Source: an uncultured Pirellulales bacterium (lineage in GTDB: Bacteria > Planctomycetota > Phycisphaerae > Sedimentisphaerales > Anaerobacaceae). Taken from it: DNA of 41,399 bases. This document shows, in pieces, positions 8,485 to 16,245 of this stretch (position 1 is its first letter; every line of letters starts with the position of its first letter). Position numbers and translations under genes: made by a program. Below the pieces are notes generated by a model. That model saw only the letters and a list, made by a program, of their open reading frames with translations, made no database searches and was not told where the DNA came from. The DNA lies in contig CAYZEH010000002.1 in assembly GCA_964477135.1 (NCBI GenBank), positions 1-41,399 of the forward strand, written 5' to 3'.

Positions 8485-9324
8485 ATGAATGCTAATTTGA
8501 AAACACTTGGACTTATTGCAGGGCAAGGGAGACTTCCTTTTATGGTTGCAGCGGGCGCTAAAAAAGCTGGGCTGAGGGTTGTTTGTGTCGGGCTTGCGGG
8601 AAGTGTTGATGAGACATTGGCTGACGAAGTTGACGTTTTTAAAAAAGTAGCTTTGGCCAGACCTGGGTCGTGGATAAGAAAACTCAGAAAACAAGGCGTT
8701 ACGGATACGATAATGGTCGGTCGAGTAGCCAAGGGAAAAATATTTACACCTTTCAGGATAATACGATATCTGCCGGACTGGAGATCGATACGGATATGGT
8801 ATTGGCGATTGCGAAAAAAGAATAAACAGAACGAAACGGTGTTGAATGCTCTGGCGGAGGAACTTGCCAGCGGAGGTATTATATTGGAAGATTCTACGAA
8901 ATATTGTAAAGGTAAAATGGCAGAGGTCGGTATTATGACCAGCAAAGAGCCTGACAGCTCAATTCAGGAAGATATCGAATTTGGTTGGGAAATCGTAAAA
9001 AAACTTGCTGAACTTGATATTGGTCAGGCGATTGCGGTTAAGGAGAAAGAGGTGCTCTCCGTTGAAGGGATCGAGGGGACTGCCAATATGATTAAACGCA
9101 CGGGACAATTCTGCAAAAAAGGCGGCTGGACCCTTATGAAAGTCTCTAAGGCAAATCAGGATATGCGGTTCGATGTGCCTTGCGTCGGGGTGGATACGAT
9201 AAAAGAGCTTGCTGAAAATGGCGGCAGGCACATTGTTATTGAAGCTGAAAAAACTTTTATGATCGATAAAGAAGAAACTATAAAGCTTGCTGACAAGCTG
9301 GGTATTACTATCACTGGTCGCTGA
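8485..9324 (+). CDS. lpxI: UDP-2,3-diacylglucosamine diphosphatase LpxI (DUF1009 family)
   Basis: LGLIAGQGRLPFMVAAGAKKAG N-terminus and C-terminal MRFDVPCVGVDTI motif are typical of LpxI. Located immediately after lpxD. Confidence 0.8.
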   Translation: MNANLKTLGLIAGQGRLPFMVAAGAKKAGLRVVCVGLAGSVDETLADEVDVFKKVALARPGSWIRKLRKQGVTDTIMVGRVAKGKIFTPFRIIRYLPDWRSIRIWYWRLRKKNKQNETVLNALAEELASGGIILEDSTKYCKGKMAEVGIMTSKEPDSSIQEDIEFGWEIVKKLAELDIGQAIAVKEKEVLSVEGIEGTANMIKRTGQFCKKGGWTLMKVSKANQDMRFDVPCVGVDTIKELAENGGRHIVIEAEKTFMIDKEETIKLADKLGITITGR

Positions 9325-9326
9325 GA

Positions 9327-9443
9327 AATATACCTTAAGGGTAGTATCCCGATATATCGGGGCCGCGAATAAAGTTGTAATTTGTTATTTTCAAGTTATT
9401 TACCCGCGGATAAACGGGTAAATTCAATTAGGATCAGTATATA
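9327..9443 (+). repeat. Mosaic intergenic repeat, copy E (longest form: H1 - X - 2a - 3)
   Basis: AATATACCTTAAGGGTAGTATCCCGATATATCGGGGCCGCGAATAAAGTTGTAATTTGTTATTTTCAAGTTATTTACCCGCGGATAAACGGGTAAATTCAATTAGGATCAGTATA. It starts 3 nt after the lpxI stop (its H1 hairpin begins 7 nt after) and ends 5 nt before the ATG at 9448. Confidence 0.9.
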
Positions 9444-9447
9444 TTTT

Positions 9448-10860
9448 ATGAATGATTTCCCTGTTCAATTAGAAATTAATAGATTGTCAGATACCAAGAC
9501 GATCGAAAATGTAAGCTGTTATGAATTGCTGCGTGAGATCGCGGGCAAGCGAGAAGTTTATGACGGCATCTGGGATGATAAAGCGGTCATTGTAAAAATA
9601 TTCCTTGACCCGGTCAGCGCTAACAGACATTTCAAAAAAGAATGGCACGGCCTGAAAGAACTCCAAAAGTTGGGACTAAACAGCGCTAAACCATTGTTTT
9701 ACGGCAGGGGTAAAGACAATAGCTGGGTGATTGTATCAGAGAATATCGTCGGGTCAGAAACCGTTCTTTCGGCAATGCAGCAATGTCAAACCAAAGACGC
9801 TACAGTCGAGCTTGTGCTGAAAGTAACCAGTGAGCTTGCCAGACAGCATGTTAAAGGTGTGATTCAGAAAGATCTGCATCTGGGCAATTTCCTGATTAAA
9901 GACGGCAAGATATATGCCCTCGACCCGGGACAGATGAGCTTTTCTTCAAAGGCGCTATCAAGAAGAAAAAGTCTTTATAACCTGGGGGCTTTGGCGATGT
10001 CACTGCCGAATTATGATAAGCAAAATTTAAGAGCTTTGTGTGAGAAATACTTTGCTGAGAGAGAATGGAAGTTCAACAGTAAAGATGAAAAAGCTTTTGA
10101 AAAATATCTGTTAAAAAACGAAAAACGGTGTTTAAGACATTCTCAAAAGAAATGTATGCGAACGAGTAAGCGGACTTTGAAATTAGTAACAAGTGATTAC
10201 AATTGTGTTTTCGAGAGGCCTTTCTGTGATAATATTAATCCGCATGAATTCATCGAGCAAATCGATGACCTTATGGACAAAGGTGATATTCTCAAGAAAG
10301 GCAACACCTGTTATGTTTCACGATTCAATTACAACAATGAGGATATAGTCGTAAAAAGGTATAACTATAAGGGGCCTATAAACCTGATCAGGCGAAATTT
10401 TAAAACTTCTCGTGCGAGACGCAATTGGCTTTATGCGAATTTGCTCATATCTGTAAAAATAGGAACGCCTCGGCCTTTCGGTTTTATCGAAAAAAAGAAG
10501 GGGCATTTTATCTGGCAGTCCTATTATATCAGTGAATATACAGACGCTATGAACCTTTATGCATTTTTGGCGAACCCGAATTTAACACCGGCGGGGCGTG
10601 AGAAGATGGCGGACAGAATCACTGACCTGATGACCCAGTTAGGAAAACGTGGGCTTTCTCATGGGGACATGAAACGATCAAATATATTAGTAACCGATGA
10701 GAAGCTTATTTTGATAGACCTGGATTCGATGAAAATTCACGGCGTCGGCCTTACGTGCCAAATGGAACTTGCTAAAGACATCAAACGACTGGCTAAGGAC
10801 AAACCCGGCGGTTATAAAGGAATAGATGTCGACTATAAAAAGGTGATGAGTAAAATTTAG
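9448..10860 (+). CDS. Protein with two tandem lipopolysaccharide-kinase (Kdo/WaaP/RIO-like) domains
   Basis: Domain 1 has AVIVKIF and QKDLHLGNFLIKDGKIYALD. Domain 2 has DIVVKRYNY and SHGDMKRSNILVTDEKLILIDLD. The start is set at ATG 9448 because the tracked 9382 start lies inside repeat copy E. Confidence 0.7.
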   Translation: MNDFPVQLEINRLSDTKTIENVSCYELLREIAGKREVYDGIWDDKAVIVKIFLDPVSANRHFKKEWHGLKELQKLGLNSAKPLFYGRGKDNSWVIVSENIVGSETVLSAMQQCQTKDATVELVLKVTSELARQHVKGVIQKDLHLGNFLIKDGKIYALDPGQMSFSSKALSRRKSLYNLGALAMSLPNYDKQNLRALCEKYFAEREWKFNSKDEKAFEKYLLKNEKRCLRHSQKKCMRTSKRTLKLVTSDYNCVFERPFCDNINPHEFIEQIDDLMDKGDILKKGNTCYVSRFNYNNEDIVVKRYNYKGPINLIRRNFKTSRARRNWLYANLLISVKIGTPRPFGFIEKKKGHFIWQSYYISEYTDAMNLYAFLANPNLTPAGREKMADRITDLMTQLGKRGLSHGDMKRSNILVTDEKLILIDLDSMKIHGVGLTCQMELAKDIKRLAKDKPGGYKGIDVDYKKVMSKI

Positions 10861-10878
10861 CTCAGAAATTTGGTGTTT

Positions 10879-11871
10879 TCAGAACTGGCGCAGGAACCTG
10901 AGATCGTTTTCGAAGAGCATTCTGATATCGGTGATGCCGTATTTACGCATCGCAAGTCTTTCGATTCCAAAACCAAAAGCCCAGCCTGTGTATTTTTCAT
11001 TGTCGATATTAACTAAATCGAAAACATTCGGGTCAACCATACCACAACCGCCCATCTCGATCCATTTTTCCTCGCCATTTTTATCTACCCACAGCAGATC
11101 GATCTCCGCACTTGGTTCGGTAAACGGAAAGAAGCTTGGCCTGAAACGCCAAACGGTATCCTGGCCGAAAAATGTCTTGATGAACTGGTCTATAGTGGTC
11201 TTCATATCCACCATCGTTACACCCTCATCTACGACCAATGCCTCGATCTGATGGAACATAAACATATGAGTAGCATCGACGGTATCCGGGCGGTACACCC
11301 TGCCGGGAGCAACTACACGAATCGGCGGCTTGGTTTTTTTCATCGTACGGATCTGAATAGTTGAAGTCTGGCTTCTTAAAAGAGTCTCTTCGTCGATATA
11401 AAAATTGTCCATCGGATCTCTTGCGGGATGTTCAGGGCCAATATTCAAAGCAATAAAATTGTGCCACTCATCCTCGACTTCCGGACCATAAACAACACCA
11501 AAACCCATCCTGCCGAATATTTCAAGCAATTCGCTGACCGTTTGAGATATAACATGTGCTTTACCGATCTTGGTTTGCCTGGCAGGTAATGTTACATCTA
11601 TCAGCTTTTCGGATTTGCCCTTTGACGAAGACTGAAGAGTTTGTTTTAACTGGTCAAATGCTGAAGTCACTTCTTTTTTAATTTTATTAGCAAGCTGACC
11701 GGCTTTGGGTTTATCTTCTTTTGAGAATTGCCCAATGTTGCTAAGCATTTGAGTGACAATGCCTTTGCGAGACATATATTTGATACGAAAATCTTCAAGA
11801 GCCTGCGAATCCTTGATTTGTTTTAACGCAGCCAATGTCTCTTTGCCAATATTTTCAAATTGCTCAAGCAT
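10879..11871 (-). CDS. pheS: Phenylalanine--tRNA ligase alpha subunit
   Basis: 330 aa with class II aaRS motifs (FRPSFFPFTEPS, GWAFGFGIERLAM). Confidence 0.95.
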   Translation of the reverse strand: MLEQFENIGKETLAALKQIKDSQALEDFRIKYMSRKGIVTQMLSNIGQFSKEDKPKAGQLANKIKKEVTSAFDQLKQTLQSSSKGKSEKLIDVTLPARQTKIGKAHVISQTVSELLEIFGRMGFGVVYGPEVEDEWHNFIALNIGPEHPARDPMDNFYIDEETLLRSQTSTIQIRTMKKTKPPIRVVAPGRVYRPDTVDATHMFMFHQIEALVVDEGVTMVDMKTTIDQFIKTFFGQDTVWRFRPSFFPFTEPSAEIDLLWVDKNGEEKWIEMGGCGMVDPNVFDLVNIDNEKYTGWAFGFGIERLAMRKYGITDIRMLFENDLRFLRQF

Positions 11872-11911
11872 TTAGAACACCGTTATCGATTATAGTTAAA
11901 ACGATTCTATT

Positions 11912-12268
11912 TTAAGCCAACGCTGCTTTTGCAGCTTCTACGATAACATCAAATCCAGCTGGGTCAGCAATAGCAATTTCGCTGAGCATTTTTCTGTTAA
12001 TCTCAATATTTGCTTTTTTGCACCCATTGATAAACCGGCTGTATGTAATCGAGCGTGTTTTGCAGGCTGCATTGATTCTGATAATCCAGAGACCACGGAA
12101 ATCACGTTTTTTGAGTTTCCTACCTACCCTTGCGTTAACCGCTGCCCTTACGACAGCTTCCTTGGCTAACCTTATGGTCCTACCGGCTGAACCTCTGTGT
12201 CCCTTAACGGCTTTTAAGATTCTTTTGTGAGCCCGGCGCCTTGCGGCTCCTTTTCTTACTCTTGGCAT
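11912..12268 (-). CDS. rplT: 50S ribosomal protein L20
   Basis: MPRVRKGAARRRAHKRILK... 118 aa, canonical L20. Confidence 0.95.
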   Translation of the reverse strand: MPRVRKGAARRRAHKRILKAVKGHRGSAGRTIRLAKEAVVRAAVNARVGRKLKKRDFRGLWIIRINAACKTRSITYSRFINGCKKANIEINRKMLSEIAIADPAGFDVIVEAAKAALA

Positions 12269-12376
12269 ATCAGCTTTCCTTTAAATAAATGTTACAAAAT
12301 TTCAATCCCACTGGCGGCAGCTGATGAGAAGCCGAGAAGCAGGATATTAAAAACTAACCTTAATTAACGAACCGCC

Positions 12377-12571
12377 TCATTTACACAAAAATATTTTAGA
12401 GGTCTTAGCTAAAGCCTTGGTCATCGTTGTAGATTTCGACAGTGCTCTTTTTCGCTTAGCACTTTTACTACTCATGAGATGGCCTGTAAAAGACTTTTTA
12501 TACTTTACTTTACCAGAGGCGGTAACTTTAACTCTTTTGCTTAATCCCTTATGGGTTTTCTGTTTAGGCAT
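12377..12571 (-). CDS. rpmI: 50S ribosomal protein L35
   Basis: [33 protein letters not shown]... 64 aa, canonical L35. Confidence 0.95.
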   Translation of the reverse strand: MPKQKTHKGLSKRVKVTASGKVKYKKSFTGHLMSSKSAKRKRALSKSTTMTKALAKTSKIFLCK

Positions 12572-12629
12572 ATGTCAAAATTCCTTGCAAAATATTTTTA
12601 ACAGTTTTAATCAAAAATAGAAAACAGGT

Positions 12630-12658
12630 AATGTAAGCTATTTGGCAGTTCAGGTCAA
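12630..12658 (-). promoter_or_regulatory. Candidate internal promoter for rpmI-rplT
   Basis: On the minus strand: TTGACC (12658-12653), 17 nt spacer, TACATT (12635-12630). It lies in the 252 nt infC-rpmI spacer, about 55 nt upstream of the rpmI ATG. Confidence 0.4.
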
Positions 12659-12823
12659 GAGTATTGCCCTGAAAATACAAAAAAGCGTAAAAACTGTGGT
12701 TAAGAGGCAAAAAGTCTATGTATAAACTAAAAAAAATACCCCCAAATGAATAAGACAAGGTATATTCCCATCCTATTCAATGATAATACAAGCTTAAAAA
12801 CCGGTTAAAAATAAATATATAGG

Positions 12824-13339
12824 TTACTTTGCCCCAAGCAGCAATGTCATGCGTTTTCCAGCCATTTTACTCGGCCTTTCTACCTTGGAGCAATCTTCCA
12901 TTGTTTCGGCGATGTTTTTAAGAATTTCAAAACCTCTGTCTCTATGCAGCATCTGCCTGCCACGGAAAAAGACAGTAATTTGAACTTTATAGCCTTTTTC
13001 AAGAAATTCCCGTGCTTTCTTAAGCTTTATCTCTAAATCATGCGGGTCGGTCTCAGGCCTGAGTCTGATCTCTTTTAGCACCTGAGAGGTACTGCGAGTT
13101 TTTTTATGAGCCTCACGAGCTTTTCTTTTCTGCTCATAGAGCCACTTGCCATAATCCATAACCCGACAAACCGGAGGGTCGCCATTAGGAGAAACCTCGA
13201 CAAGATCAAGACCGGCATCCTGAGAAACCCTTAGAGCTTCATATCGATCAACAATCCCGACTTGTTCATTTTTTTCATTTATAAGGCGAACTTGTCTTGC
13301 TTTGATTCCACTATTCACCTTCAAACCTTGTTTACTAAT
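12824..13339 (-). CDS. infC: Translation initiation factor IF-3 (probable AUU start)
   Basis: Canonical IF-3 sequence (ARQVRLINEKNEQVGIV..., C-terminal domain present). The frame is open back to TGA at 13348-13346. An in-frame ATT at 13339-13337 lies 6 nt after AAGGTGA, whereas the tracked TTG at 13324 has no spaced SD. Confidence 0.9.
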   Translation of the reverse strand: MSKQGLKVNSGIKARQVRLINEKNEQVGIVDRYEALRVSQDAGLDLVEVSPNGDPPVCRVMDYGKWLYEQKRKAREAHKKTRSTSQVLKEIRLRPETDPHDLEIKLKKAREFLEKGYKVQITVFFRGRQMLHRDRGFEILKNIAETMEDCSKVERPSKMAGKRMTLLLGAK

Positions 13340-13396
13340 AAGTAATCACCTTACCTTTCTAAAATTAATTCAAATACTTTTTTACGTTTTACGGTA

Positions 13397-15316
13397 TTAA
13401 AACGCTAAATCAACGATTTTTTCTGCTATTTTATCTTTTGCTATAGATAAAAACTCTTCCATTGCAATAGTTTTGTTTTCTTTTATCGACCTTATCCTTA
13501 CGTTTACAGCATTATTTTCAGCTTCTTTGGGCCCAACAACGAGCACATAGGGAACTCTTTCGCCATGGGTTTTTGCGATTTTTGCGCCGATTTTCTCATT
13601 TGACGTATCAATAGAACACCTCAAAGATGCTTTTTTAAGCTGATTGTAGACATTTTGAGCATATTCATTAGATTTTTCACTGATAGTCAATATTTTAACC
13701 TGGGTAGGTGCCAACCAGATCGGCATATTCCCTCCATAATGCTCTATCAGAATTCCGATAAACCTCTCAAAAGAGCCCAGAACCGCACGGTGGATCATAA
13801 CCGGAGTTTTTTCAGTATTATCCTTATCTGTATAAACAAGTTCAAAGCGCTGAGGCATGGAGAAATCAAGCTGAATGGTACCAAGCTGCCATGATCGCTT
13901 TAGACAATCGCGAATATGGAAATCGATCTTCGGGCCATAGAAAGCACCATCACCTTCATTTACCTGAAAATCAATGTTCTTATGCTTCATTGCCGCGATA
14001 AGTGCATTTGTTGCGGTATCCCAGATATCATCAGCGCCTATGTGTTTTTCAGGCTTGGTAGAAAGCTCAATACGAATGTCATCAAAGCCGAAAGCCTTAT
14101 AAAGCTCGAACGTAAGCTCAATAACACCAATGACTTCTGCTTCTATCTGCTCAGGGGTGCAGAAAATATGAGCATCATCCTGAGTGAACTGTCTTACTCG
14201 GAAAAGACCATGCATTACACCGCTGGCTTCATGCCTGTGCACTAATCCAAGCTCTGCAACTCTTGATGGGAAATCACGGTAGGAATGTTGTTTGCTTTTG
14301 AAAACGAGACACCCACCCGGGCAATTCATCGGTTTGATAGCATACCCGACGCCGTCAATATCAGTGAAATACATGTTTTCTTTGTAATTATCCCAGTGTC
14401 CGCTCTTGTGCCAAAGTTCCTCGTTGAGCATTATTGGTGTTTTTATTTCGCTGTAGTCATATTTTTCATGCACACTACGCCAGAAATCAACTATTTCGTT
14501 CCAGATAACCATTCCGTTAGGATGTATAAACGCAAAACCAGGCCCAGCATCATTAAAACTGAACAGGTCAAGCTGTTTGCCTATAACACGGTGGTCTCTT
14601 TTTTTGGCTTCTTCAAGCATATAAAGATAATCTTCAAGGTCTTTTTTACTCGCCCAAGCTGTGCCGTAAACCCTCTGAAGCATCTTCTGGGTAGCGTCCC
14701 CATGCCAGTAAGCCCCGGCAACGGACATAACCTTGTAACTACCTATTTTACCTGTACTCGGAACATGAGGACCTCTACAAAGGTCTTCAAAGCCCCCTTT
14801 GCCGTGACTGTAAAAAGTCATGATATCACCATCAGCACGGTTGATATTGTCTATCTTGTACTTGTCGCCGGCCATCTTATCCAGGGCTTCACGGCGAGAC
14901 ATTTCTTTTCTAATGAACGGTACATTAGTTTTGGCAATATATGCCATTTTCTTCTCAATTTTCGCAAAATCGGTAGGCCTGATAGTTTCATCAATGTCAA
15001 TGTCATAATAGAAACCATCTTCGACTACAGGACCGTAGACAAGCTTTGCTTTAGGCCAGATACTGCAAATCGCTTCAGCCATTACGTGAGAACAGCTGTG
15101 TCGCATTATTTCAAGACCTTGCTGGCTTTTAGCTGTTATTATCTCCACAGAGACATCGGAGTCGATTTTCGCTGAGAGATCAACCAATTCACCATTAACT
15201 TTAGCTGCCAAGGCCGCTTTTGCAAGAGAAATGCCTATTTGCTGTGCTAACTCGAAAACAGTACTGCCATTTTCGATTTCTTTTATGCTGCCATCAGGCA
15301 GAGTTGCTTTTACCAT
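13397..15316 (-). CDS. thrS: Threonine--tRNA ligase
   Basis: 639 aa with N-terminal TGS domain, editing domain, HRHEASG / FRVRQFTQDDAHIF class II core, and anticodon-binding domain. Confidence 0.95.
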   Translation of the reverse strand: MVKATLPDGSIKEIENGSTVFELAQQIGISLAKAALAAKVNGELVDLSAKIDSDVSVEIITAKSQQGLEIMRHSCSHVMAEAICSIWPKAKLVYGPVVEDGFYYDIDIDETIRPTDFAKIEKKMAYIAKTNVPFIRKEMSRREALDKMAGDKYKIDNINRADGDIMTFYSHGKGGFEDLCRGPHVPSTGKIGSYKVMSVAGAYWHGDATQKMLQRVYGTAWASKKDLEDYLYMLEEAKKRDHRVIGKQLDLFSFNDAGPGFAFIHPNGMVIWNEIVDFWRSVHEKYDYSEIKTPIMLNEELWHKSGHWDNYKENMYFTDIDGVGYAIKPMNCPGGCLVFKSKQHSYRDFPSRVAELGLVHRHEASGVMHGLFRVRQFTQDDAHIFCTPEQIEAEVIGVIELTFELYKAFGFDDIRIELSTKPEKHIGADDIWDTATNALIAAMKHKNIDFQVNEGDGAFYGPKIDFHIRDCLKRSWQLGTIQLDFSMPQRFELVYTDKDNTEKTPVMIHRAVLGSFERFIGILIEHYGGNMPIWLAPTQVKILTISEKSNEYAQNVYNQLKKASLRCSIDTSNEKIGAKIAKTHGERVPYVLVVGPKEAENNAVNVRIRSIKENKTIAMEEFLSIAKDKIAEKIVDLAF

Positions 15317-15502
15317 AAATCCTTATCCAATATCCTAAATCCTTTTTAATCATCAGCTTAGTATAGCTGTAGCTATCAGTTTTGTCAAGATATCGCTCAT
15401 TAAAGAGCTGAAAATCAATTATATCACTGCAGATATAAACCAACAACCAGATTATAACCTATAATTCATCCGTCAATTGTAAAAGTTTCATTAATTTATT
15501 TA

Positions 15503-15531
15503 TTGTAATTTTGAGTATTTTATCATATAAT
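15503..15531 (+). promoter_or_regulatory. Candidate sigma70 promoter for the FHA / GspE-like module
   Basis: TTGTAA (15503-15508), 17 nt spacer, TATAAT (15526-15531). SD GAGGAG lies just upstream of the ATG at 15564. Confidence 0.45.
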
Positions 15532-15563
15532 ACTATTAACTTAGAGCTTTACGAGGAGAGTAT

Positions 15564-16085
15564 ATGGACATAAATATGGTGTTGTTTAAAAAAGACGGGG
15601 GCCTGAAGTCATTTCCGGTCAAGCGAAGCATCGTCACTATAGGCAGAAGCCACAACTGTGATTTTCAGATACCCGTAATGTCAGTATCCAAAAAACACTG
15701 CAAATTAATACGCAAATCAGGCGTTGTGACCATCCGCGACCTTAATTCACGCAATGGAACTCTGGTCAATGGCAAATTAATCAAAGAAACAACTATTAAC
15801 CCCGGCGACTCGATAGAAATAGGGCCTTTGGTATTTGTCATCCAGATAGACAATGAACCATCTGACCTGAAAAACCCTAAATTACCGGAAAATGAAAAAC
15901 TTCTTACCAAAAAAGCTGAAGATTTGCCGCCCAAAACAGAAGATTCGTCTAAAGAGGGCAAACAAAATATTCCACTAAGCGACCTTGAGACTGAAGATAT
16001 ACCAGCCGATGACTTGGTTGAAGGGAGTGATTTTCTCGACCTGGACGAGCTTGGAGACCTCAGCGATCTCGAAGAATTGAAATAA
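15564..16085 (+). CDS. FHA domain protein with acidic C-terminal tail
   Basis: FHA core: VTIGRSHNCDFQIPVMSVSKKHCKL...IRDLNSRNGTLVNGKLI. The C-terminal 40 aa are D/E/L-rich (DLVEGSDFLDLDELGDLSDLEELK). Confidence 0.85.
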   Translation: MDINMVLFKKDGGLKSFPVKRSIVTIGRSHNCDFQIPVMSVSKKHCKLIRKSGVVTIRDLNSRNGTLVNGKLIKETTINPGDSIEIGPLVFVIQIDNEPSDLKNPKLPENEKLLTKKAEDLPPKTEDSSKEGKQNIPLSDLETEDIPADDLVEGSDFLDLDELGDLSDLEELK

Positions 16086-16162
16086 TTAATGCTTAGATGC
16101 GGTTAAAAAATTAATTCAATCACATATTAAAAGTTTTATATCAAAGTTCTTAAAAGTACAAC

Positions 16163-16191
16163 TTGTGTCTGAATAGGAACTGTGTTATTAT
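16163..16191 (+). promoter_or_regulatory. Candidate promoter upstream of the membrane-anchored GspE-like ATPase
   Basis: TTGTGT (16163-16168), 17 nt spacer, TATTAT (16186-16191), with an extended -10 TG at 16183-16184. Confidence 0.3.
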
Positions 16192-16245
16192 TCTTGCTAT
16201 AAATTAAGAGGTTTTTTGGTTAATATTACGTTGTGAAAGAGGAAA

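Noticed and set aside
1587-9443. Whether the repeated CCGCG-containing elements are a CRISPR array or mini-arrays
   Set aside because: The internal half-sites are only 39-41 nt apart and are not identical to each other. The copies are kilobases apart, separated by housekeeping genes. There is no regular repeat-spacer periodicity, and no cas gene or leader is present.
1587-9443. Whether the elements are integron attC sites flanking gene cassettes (same orientation, at the 3' ends of co-oriented ORFs)
   Set aside because: There are no RYYYAAC / GTTRRRY core sites at the element boundaries. The flanking genes are core housekeeping genes (mnmA, lpxD, lpxI), not promoterless cassettes. No intI integrase is present.
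9382-9447. N-terminally extended starts proposed by the ORF track (9382 kinase, 26483 acs, 28658 MFS, 37317 MBL, 35182 ACD, 40631 rny, 7417 lpxD)
   Set aside because: In each case an internal ATG with a well-spaced Shine-Dalgarno sequence gives the family-typical N-terminus and length. The extensions lie in repeat or intergenic sequence and look non-coding.
12791-12815. Terminator after infC formed by TTAAAAACCGGTTAAAAA / the AACCGGTT palindrome
   Set aside because: The palindrome has no loop and only 4 GC-containing pairs. The stem is too weak to call an intrinsic terminator.
14285-15175. 296 aa ORF on the + strand inside thrS, and similar long antisense ORFs (32702-33631, 7693-8259, 8472-8945, 4449-4970, 26989-27438, 21574-22059)
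   Set aside because: All lie antisense to strongly supported conserved genes. They have low-complexity, non-protein-like composition and no RBS. They are typical shadow ORFs.
15317-15563. T-box leader or thrS operator upstream of thrS (minus strand)
   Set aside because: No T-box consensus (AANNNGGGTGGTACCGCG) appears on the minus strand, and no obvious specifier or terminator-antiterminator arrangement is present. The region is better explained as a divergent promoter region.
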